Below the pieces are notes generated by a model. The model worked only from the letters and a program-made list of their open reading frames with translations. It had not been told where the DNA came from and did not search any database. A DNA stretch of 64,000 nt from Octopus sinensis. Taxonomy: Eukaryota. This document shows positions 14,770-23,668 of this stretch, one piece after another. Location of the stretch: contig NC_042998.1 in the NCBI RefSeq assembly GCF_006345805.1, forward strand, positions 119,660,001 through 119,724,000, written 5' to 3'. The translations under genes were made by a program, and so were the position numbers. Numbering within the stretch: position 1 is the stretch's first letter; each line of letters opens with the position of its first letter.

Positions 14770-15720
14770 AAAGGGTGTAATTTAAAAAACCCCACATTCA
14801 AAACGTCCACCCTTTTGACTTTACAATTCTCTTAGGTTTAAAATTGCTTTCCTATCCTTATCTTCTCGTTTTAAGTAAACATTTGATAGTTGATGTTGGT
14901 TACAAGGGTCTATCGCTCACAATATACATCACTTTCAAACACTTTCTACATTGATATTGTATCACTTATTTATTGTTGGGTGTGGCTGTTTTATTTTTAT
15001 ATCTTACTGAGTGGAATTGTAGCAATAACTTTTATAACCGGATTCCTTCTCTAAGTGCCAATTATTCCATTTGAGAAATTATATATAAGGACGGTTGTAT
15101 TGCTATGAAGCTAGGAATAATGTCTCATACAATATGAACTTCCTTTGTGTGATTAGAGACATGAGGTTCTGTTTTGTTTGATGTAATTAAAAATAAAACT
15201 GGAGGTTGTTATAGGGAAATAAAGCGAGGTTTTTGCAGATAGACTTTCTTGTTGGTTTCTTTTGGATTGAAGTTAATATTCAGTTTGAAAATATAAAAAA
15301 AAATACAAAACCTGAAATCTGAATGTAGAACTGGTTGGTATAGTAATGTTCATGGTGTTCAGCCTCAGGGCAACCCTAAGATCCAACAGATATATGATCA
15401 AAGTTGCTTCAGCTCATGACTCTCGCCTCTTTTATTCAGATGTATTGTATCTAGGACTACATTATCTTATGTATTCTTACTTTTTGTAAAGTACTAAGAC
15501 ATAAGGAATTAAAGTAAGAATTAGTTTGTGTATTTTGTACTGAATCTCCCTTGTTAACTTTTGATGATTTAAAATTGGTATTATTTCCATCTAGAAGAGT
15601 AATCTGCTGTTTATCTGTATGTAACCTAATATAGGATATGTTTGATATTATAGAGACTTTTCTTGAATCCCTTGCCCAAACTAATATTCTTTCTATCACA
15701 TCTGAACACCAGTGACGATG
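14770..15720 (-). mobile_element. Degenerate Penelope-like element remnant (post-RT region and GIY-YIG endonuclease)
   Basis: Minus strand 14900-14965 reads VIQYQCRKCLKVMYI followed by a frameshifted GE..DRPL. ORF 15457-15699 (QITLLD...TNSYFNS) resembles the Penelope post-RT segment. Judged by eye only. Confidence 0.5.
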
Positions 15721-17305
15721 TCAATGATGATGATTCATTTTAGTTTATCTTGTTATTTCTTCATCATCACTTTCTGTGTAAACAGGTTAGCTAATGTATC
15801 AACCATTGAGATTTAGGTTTTTTTTTTTTATTTACATTCTACTATGTATTCTGCTTCGCAACAATTTATTACTCATTATGATGTATCTTTACTGTCTAAG
15901 CCATATATCTTGAAGAAAATGTTTACATTCCCAGCCACCAACTCTTCCGGCTTCCACCTCAGCTCTTCCCAGTTTCATTAATACTGCATCATTCACTGCT
16001 ATAATTCTTAGAGTCCTTCTGACATCTGCTTTATTCTGTTACTTATGCTTTTCTATTTTACATCTATTTAACAGCTAATGTTTTCTTACAAAGGAGAATT
16101 CATTTCTGATCAACAAACAAAATACTCTCTAAATATTGGCAAGCACTTATAGCTGAGAAGCTACTAGACTACTAAGCGCATAATCTTAAGTTGATACCCT
16201 ACTGTGTTTCTTATGCATTCCTGTACATGATATAACTTAGCTTTTACCAGTTGGTCAAACAAAATCAGATTTCACATATTTCACTGTAGAATAAGTAAGT
16301 AGGGAACATCAAAATAAAAAATAATTGCTCCACAGTTGCTAATGAAGGAACCTCTATCTAGTCACTTGAAATCAATCCTGTTTCAGATGATACCTTACCA
16401 TCTTTAAAAAAAATGAATATATTGAATGGCTAATGAAGTCCTATATGAATGTAATAACTTTAATTGATCATGATTGGCATGGGACTAAATAATAATTGTT
16501 CCAACAAGTAAGCCATTTGACTCATGAAAACAGATTTATATGAATCAGCAGGAACCCCCCCCCCCAAAGGTGTTGTTACATGACATGCTACTAACTTATT
16601 CTTTACCAGTAATTGATATGTCATTAAAGTGAGTTGTTACATGTGTATAAGGCCTTAGATTTCCTAAAGGAAGTGAGATTGTATAACATATGTGGGGTAG
16701 AGTTTCTTGAGAATCAGTACCTCCTAAGAGTTAAATTATTATCAACAGAAATTGAAATAGATATGTAGACTGCCAGGAGATTGCCTTTACATAGCTTACA
16801 TAGACTGTTCTGACATTCTATCCTTTCAGTTTACCTGAAATGTCACTGCATCATGCAGATATTAAATACAATATTTCTCATAAGGAAGGGGAGCTGTAAA
16901 GATTGGTAAAGAAGGGGCAAACAAATTGCTATGTTACATAAAATGAACATGGTTTTAAACTTTTTGTCCAACTCCATTTTGTTTTCTCATTAAAAGAGGG
17001 TGGAGTGGGGAAAATTTTCAGTAATCTTTTTAGAGGAGTACTTGTCAGTTTAATACACTGAACATGGCAAACAGTAACTTTGCTTTCAGTTTTAAGTAAT
17101 CAAGACTTGCAGCTGTACAAAGGAGATCTAACTATTGTTGAACAAAGCTTAACCAAAAAACAAGAGTAACAATTCAGAAGATTTTTTAATGGGTTGATCC
17201 ACTAATCTCAGTTAATAAAAATATGAAATATGCACTGCAGTGAAGGGAAGAATAAATTGACGTGAAGCATAGTCATTCATACAGAAATGATTTATTCTCA
17301 AACAC

Positions 17306-17895
17306 ATGATAATGCTAATACAATAGCATGAACTGCAGAAAAATTTGTTACTGGCCGGCAATGAGACTCGAACTCGCACCCCTGTGATTATACATCAAGT
17401 GCTTTACCTTTAAGCTAAACTGCCCAGTAACAAATTCTCCTACAATTTGAGGATTTATAAATCTAGCTTTATAAGATGCTAACAGTCGATGAAAGTAAGC
17501 AAAGTTTGCTTTAGAAGCTATTGTATTAGCATCATCATACGTTTTAGAATAAATTATTTCTGTATCTTTCAATACATCTCAATGCTTCTAAAGCAAATTT
17601 TGTTAGTTTACTTTCATCGTAAGTTGAATTTAACATTAGTGACTTATAAAGCTAGATTTATAAATTCTAAAATTACAGAAGAATTCGTTACTGGGCAGTT
17701 TAGCTTAAAGGTAAAGCACTTGACACGTAGGTAACGAATTTTTCTGCAATATATGGATAGTTTATCCTGTTCATGCTATTGTATTAGCATTATCATAATG
17801 CTAATACAGTAATACATAATAAATTATTTCTCTATATTTCAATGCTTCTAAAGCAAACTTTGTTTGATTACTTTCATCGTAAGTTGAATTTATAG
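17306..17895. repeat. Head-to-head inverted duplication plus partial tandem copy of a tRNA-like-containing unit
   Basis: 17306-17520 is the reverse complement of about 17583-17796, with indels. About 17521-17635 is repeated at 17781-17895. Confidence 0.88.
17353..17425 (-). pseudogene. tRNA-like pseudogene / SINE head
   Basis: D arm GCTT-AAAGGTA-AAGC and T arm GCGAG-TTCGAGT-CTCAT; A and B boxes are present. The acceptor stem and anticodon arm are defective. The right-arm copy (17693-17729) has CACGTA and lacks the 3' half. Confidence 0.65.
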
Positions 17896-18480
17896 TCATG
17901 TATCTGTAAGATTGATAAAAAGACACTATATTCATATACAGGCACTGTACATATATTGGTATATTAGTCTGAAGGAAATAGCTGAAGAATATTATCTGCT
18001 TGGAAAGCAATGACATGCTGATACATGTGCAACTTTTATTGTTTAATCCCAGATCAGCTCTGATTCAGCAAATTTATCAGGGATTCCAATTGTGACCATC
18101 CCATCTTTTATCCAGACTTTGTGTATACTAGAACTATTTTATCTAATATGCCCATCCTTTTTTGTAAATGTTTGGGCGTAATTTCAAGTTCTTCTTTTTG
18201 AGTGACTACAAAGAGGTTTTGTATCCATTGTGCAGATACAGTTGTATTAAAGAGAGAGAAAAAAAACTAGTATTCTCACACCTCCTCAAAACAAAATATT
18301 CAACATCTATGACAATGGTAACATTCTTTGTGTTTTGAAATACTTGAAAAATCTCTAAGCATGTGTTAATGAAAGAAAGACATTCACAAGCCATCAGGAA
18401 TTTGCATTTATTGATATAAAATACATAATGCACTTATTCACATACATTGTATGCACTCGTTCATACACACAATTTAATAA

Positions 18481-19905
18481 ATGTACAGGGGCATCAAGCT
18501 GTTGGATCAGGTAATGAAGGTTACGGAGAGGGTTATAGCCCAGTTAATTAGAGAGAGAGTTAGCTTAGATGATATGCAGTTTGGGTTCGTGCCAGGGAAA
18601 AGTACTACTGATGCTATATTCCTGGTAAGACAGCTGCAGGAGAAATACCTAGCCAAAGGTAAGCCCTTGTACCTGGCTTTTGTTGACTTAGAGAAAGCCT
18701 TTGACAGGGTCCCCCGATCCCTTATCTGGTGGTCAATGAGGAAACTAGGGGTAGATGAATGGTTAGTGAGAGCTGTGCAAGCCATGTACAGGGACGCAGC
18801 TAGTAAGGTGAGGGTTGGCAACGAGTACAGTGAAGAATTCCGGGTAGAGGTTGGGGTCCACCAAGGTTCAGTCCTCAGCCCCCTCCTATTTATCATAGTC
18901 CTCCAGGCAATAACGGAAGAATTTAAGACAGGATGCCCCTGGGAGCTCCTATATGCTGATGACCTTGCTCTAATTGCTGAGTCACTATCAGAACTGGAGG
19001 AGAAGTTTCAGGTGTGGAAACAAGGATTAGAATCGAAGGGCCTTAGAATCAACCTAGCCAAAACCAAAGTCCTAATAAGTAGGAAGGTGGACCAACCACA
19101 AACGACTTCAGGTAGATGGCCCTGCTCGATCTGTAAAAAAGGTGTAGGTAGAAACTCTATAAGGTGCACCAAGTGTAAGCTATGGACACATAAGAGGTGC
19201 AGCAATGTCAAAGGAAGGCTAACTAAGAAAATAGTTTTTGTCTGTGGCAGATGCTCAGGAGAAATAAACACTGGAAATGTGCAGAGACCAACTTCTACCA
19301 CGTTCCAGGGAGACAAACTAGAAGTAGTTGATAGCTTCCGCTACCTAGGAGACCAAGTCAGTAGCGGGGGTGGGTGTGCTGAAAGTGTAACTGCTAGAGT
19401 AAGAATAGCCTGGGCAAAGTTTAGAGAGCTCTTACCCCTGCTGGTGACAAAAGGCCTCTCGCTAAGAGTAAAAGGCAGACTATATGATGCGTGTGTACGT
19501 ACAGCCATGCTACATGGTAGTGAAACATGGGCCGTGACAGCTGAGGATATGCGTAAGCTTGCAAGAAATGAAGCCAGTATGCTCCGATGGATGTGTAATG
19601 TCAGTGTTCATAATCGTCAGAGTGTAAGTACTTTGAGAGAAAAGTTGAACCTAAGAAGTGTCAGTTGTGGTGTGCAAGAGCGACGGCTGCGCTGGTATGG
19701 TCATGTGACGAGAATGGCTGAAGATAGTTGTGTGCAAAAGTGCTACACCCTAGCAGTTGAGGGAACCTGTGGAAGAGGTAGACCCAGGAAAACCTGGGAC
19801 GAGGTGGTGAAGCACGACCTTCGAACTTTAGGTCTCACCAAGGAAATGACTGAAGACCGAGTCCTATGGAAGTGTGCTGTGCATGAGAGGACCCGGCAGG
19901 ACTAG
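18481..19905 (+). CDS. Open RT ORF (474 aa) of a 5'-truncated RTE-clade non-LTR retrotransposon
   Basis: Motifs QFGF, LAFVDLEKAFDRV, GVHQGSVLSPLLF, YADD (18952-18963), FRYLG and C-terminal RGRPRKTW. No stops or frameshifts. The endonuclease domain is absent because of the 5' truncation. Confidence 0.93.
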   Translation: MYRGIKLLDQVMKVTERVIAQLIRERVSLDDMQFGFVPGKSTTDAIFLVRQLQEKYLAKGKPLYLAFVDLEKAFDRVPRSLIWWSMRKLGVDEWLVRAVQAMYRDAASKVRVGNEYSEEFRVEVGVHQGSVLSPLLFIIVLQAITEEFKTGCPWELLYADDLALIAESLSELEEKFQVWKQGLESKGLRINLAKTKVLISRKVDQPQTTSGRWPCSICKKGVGRNSIRCTKCKLWTHKRCSNVKGRLTKKIVFVCGRCSGEINTGNVQRPTSTTFQGDKLEVVDSFRYLGDQVSSGGGCAESVTARVRIAWAKFRELLPLLVTKGLSLRVKGRLYDACVRTAMLHGSETWAVTAEDMRKLARNEASMLRWMCNVSVHNRQSVSTLREKLNLRSVSCGVQERRLRWYGHVTRMAEDSCVQKCYTLAVEGTCGRGRPRKTWDEVVKHDLRTLGLTKEMTEDRVLWKCAVHERTRQD

Positions 19906-21950
19906 TCAGGCCATATCCCGTGGCCCCTACCTGGGACGTAGTCGATCCACCTGTGCATACCTTCCTTCTTGTGACACTTGTGAAGACCTGCTGAGGCAAG
20001 TGAAAATCAATCAAAATAGATGAACATCAATGGAATTTGTATCTTTGTGGTACCAGTGCCTGTGGCACACAAGAAAACCATCCGAACGTGGCCGTAGCCA
20101 GTACCGCATCGACTGGCCTCCGTGCTGTGGGAACATGGTGGCACATAAAAACACCATCCGAAGACCCGGCAAGACTAGTCAGGTCATAACCCGTGGGCCC
20201 TACCTGGGACGTAGTCAGTCCACCTGTACATACCTTCCTTCTTGTGACACTTGTGAAGACCTGCTGAGGCAAGTGAAAATCAAATCAAATCAAAACAAAT
20301 CAAAATAGATGAACATCAATGGAATTTGTATCCTTGTGGTACCAGTGCCGGTGGCACACAAGAATCCATCCGAACGTGGCCGTAGTCAGTACCGCTTGTG
20401 GTACCAGTGCCGGTGGCACACAAGAATCCATCCGAACGTGGCCGTAGTCAGTACCGCATCACTCGCCATCGTGCTGTGGGCACATAACAAACACCATCCG
20501 GTCGTGGCCGTTCGCCAGCCTCATCTAGCACCTGTGTCGGTGGCACATAAAAAGTAGTCAGTACCGCTTGTGGTACCAGTGCCGGTGGCACACAAGAATC
20601 CATCCGAACATGGCCGTAGTCAGTACCGCATCACTGGCCATCGTGCTGTGGGCACATAACAAACACCATCCGATCGTGGCCGTTCGCCAGCCTCATCTAG
20701 CACCTGTGTCGGTGGCACATAAAAACACCTTCCGAAGACCCGGCAAGACTAGTCAGGCCATAAACCATGGCCCCTACATGGGACGTAGTCAGTCCACCTG
20801 TGCATACCTTCCTCCTTGTGATACTTGTGAAGGCCTGTTGAGGCAAGTGAAAATCAAAATCAAATCAAAACAAATCAAAATAGATGAACATCAATGGAAT
20901 TTGTATCTTTGTGGTACCAGTGCCGGTGGCACACAAGAGAAAACCATCCGAAAGTGGCCGTAGCCAGTACCGCATCGACTGGCCTCCGTGCTGTGGGCAC
21001 ATGACAAACACCATCCGATCGTGGCCGTTCGCCAGCCTCATCTAGCACCTGTGTCGGTGGCACATAAAAACACCATCCGAAGACCCGGCAAGACTAGTCA
21101 GGCCATAACCCATGGCCCCTACCTGGGACGTAGTCAGTCCACCTGTGCATACCTTCCTTCTTGTGACACTTGTGAAGACCTGTTGAGGCAAGTGAAAATC
21201 AAATCAAAACAAATCAAAATAGATGAACATCAATGGAATCTGTATCTTTGTGGTACCAGTGCCGGTGGCACACACTTTGTGGTACCAGTGCCGGTGGCAC
21301 ACAAGAGAGCCATCCGAACGTGGCCGTAGCCAGTTCCGCATCGACCGGCCTCCGTGCTGTGGGCACGTAACAAACACCATCCGATCATGGCCGTTCGCCA
21401 GCCTCATCTGGCACCTGTGTCGGTGGCACATAAAAAACACCTTCCGAAGACCCGGCAAGACTAGTCAGTCCACCTGTGCATACCTTCCTTCTTGTGACAC
21501 TTGTGAAGACCGGTTGAGGCAAGTGAAAATCAAATCAAATCAAAATAGACAAAATAGATGAACATCAATGGAATTTGTATCCTGTGGTACCAGTGCCTGT
21601 GGCACACAAGAAATCCATCAGTGCCGTAGTCAGTGCGGTGGGCACATGACAAACACCATCCGATAGTGGCCGTTCGCCAGCCTCATCTAGCACCTGTGTC
21701 GGTGGCACATAAAAACACCATCCGAGCGTGGCCGTCTGCCAGCCTCGTCTGGCACCTGTGTCGGTGGCACATAAAAACACCATCCGAGCGTGGCCGTCTG
21801 CCAGCCTCGTCTGGCACCTGTGTCGGTGGCACATAGAAAACACCATCCGACCGTGGCCGTCTGCCAGCCTCGTCTGGCACATAAAAAACACCATCCGAGC
21901 GTGGCCGTTTGCCAGCCTCGTCTGGCACCTGTGTCGGTGGCACATAAAAT
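19890..21950 (+). repeat. Composite tandem array in the RTE 3'UTR (5 long units plus ~60-nt subunits)
   Basis: GACCCGGCARGACTAGTC recurs at 19890, 20163, 20737, 21082 and 21449. The GTGGCAC-containing subunit recurs about 17 times. Confidence 0.9.
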
Positions 21951-23159
21951 CACCCACTACACTCTCGGAGTGGTTGGCGTTAGGAAGGGCATCCAGCTGT
22001 AGAAACACTGCCAGATCTGACTGGACTGGTGCAGCTTTCGGGCTCCCCAGACCCCAGTTGAACCGTCCAACCCATGCTAGCATGGAAAGCGGACGTTAAA
22101 TGATGATGATGTGTCTATGAATGGATTTAATATCTTAAGTGGTTGCAGAAAATCTCTGCAATAAAACATACACTAATTGTAAAAGTCATACAATACCTAT
22201 TTTGCATGTGAGAAATACTACTATCTGGGCAGCTTTTCCTAATTTATGCAACACACATGCACTCTATCTCTCTCACTTCGTAGTTTTTGTTTATTTTTTA
22301 AAAATATCTTTAGAATTGTGTAGTCTTGCGGCCATTCTTTAATTGGAGGAAAAATTGGTTGCTATTTCTTGTAGGTCAAGTAAATGCATTGGGACTTTTC
22401 TTTATTGGCTTAGCCTCAGATCAGACCTATGATATAAAGCATTCCATTTAGGACAAGTCCATCTTTTTGTATATCAAAAACTATATTGTTCACTACATCT
22501 TTTAAGATAAGGAAATTCATTTACTATTTCCAGCAAGTCAAGTGACCACTCAAACTTCTTTGCAGACCACTAAAACCAGGTGATATCCATTGATATCATT
22601 TGGAGTGGGGAGAATATTGTTTGGTAGTGACACAGTAGGCAGCCAATACTGTCAATATTCTTGCCTACCAGAAAACAACTTTCTCTTAAACTATTCATAT
22701 TTCATTCCTCCAGAAATGTGTTTAGAGTATGAGAATATATGAATTATTTTTCATTACTTCAGTTTCGCAGACATGGCCTGTGGTGCATACATATTCATGG
22801 GAATGTGCACGAATGTTGATATTTCACTTGATATTTGGCATAATGACTGGTTACATTAATCCTTCAAGGATCTGTGAAATATAAAAATCCCTAACATGGA
22901 AAAAAGGTGAGGGTTAGCGATAGGAAGAGCATCTGGCCATAAAATTTTACTTCATATCACTCCCTGTCCTGGCCATGCTAGCATAGTGGATGTTAAATGA
23001 ATGAATGAGAAAGGTGGGTTGTGTAAGATGTGATTTACTGTATTTGTAACATAGGTAGAAAGATAATTTGCGAGAGGAAAAGCTTATAGTGTTTCAGTTA
23101 CATGCATATATCTATATATTTCATAAATGAATAAATATTCAAAAGGTATTTATATAGAT

Positions 23160-23668
23160 ATTATTGGCCGATGCCAGCGCCACCTCCACTGGCTTCCGGG
23201 CCGGTGGCACATAAAATACACCAATCTGACCGTACGACAGGCACCCATGCCAACCCCCTTGCTTGCGAAGACATGTTGGGGCAAGCGAAATCGAAATCGA
23301 ATTGAACCAGCCAGGATCCCTGGTCTGGTGGTACGTAAAAAGCACTATCCGACTCGTGGCGTAAAAAGCACTATCCGACTCGTGGCCGATGCCAGCTCCG
23401 CCTCGCCTGGCTTCCGTGCCGGTGGCACATAAAATACACCAATCCGACCGTGGCCGTTGCCAGCCTCGCCTGGCACCTGTGCAGGTGGCACGTAAAAAGC
23501 ACCCACTACACTCACGGAGTGGTTGGCGTTAGGAAGGGCATCCAGCTGTAGAAACACTGCCAGATAAGACTGGAGCCTGGTGCAGCCTTCTGGTTTCCCA
23601 GATCCCCGGTCGAACCGTCCAACCCATGCTAGCATGGACAACGGACGTTAATCGATGATGATGATTAA
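23160..23668 (+). mobile_element. RTE 3'UTR-only copy (third variant family)
   Basis: CpG-rich. Contains the bulged stem-loop (23261-23290), several GTGCCGGTGGCAC modules and the terminal domain with (GAT)n. Confidence 0.8.

Larger units (their letters stand above)
18481..22110 (+). mobile_element. Young 5'-truncated RTE LINE with tandemly amplified 3'UTR and (GAT)n tail
   Basis: RT ORF, then about 2 kb of nested repeats, then the terminal domain ending CCATGCTAGCATGG...GGACGTTAAATGATGATGAT. No clear TSD seen. Confidence 0.88.

Noticed and set aside
15080-15480. Mitochondrial insertion (NUMT)
   Set aside because: No rRNA or OXPHOS motif was recognised; the flanking motifs fit a Penelope-like remnant better.
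17353-17425. Functional tRNA gene
   Set aside because: The acceptor stem does not pair in register, position 33 is G, and the anticodon stem is broken.
19981-20006. Hammerhead ribozyme (CTGCTGA...GAAA)
   Set aside because: No stem II can form between CTGCTGA and GAAA, most copies read CTGTTGA, and no stems I/III with an NUH site were found.
19906-21950. CRISPR-like array next to a reverse transcriptase
   Set aside because: The inter-repeat segments are homologous to each other rather than unique spacers, the context is a eukaryotic LINE 3'UTR, and there are no cas genes.
20027-22099. Many overlapping 60-170 aa ORFs
   Set aside because: By-products of GC-rich tandem repeats in all six frames, with no domain signal.
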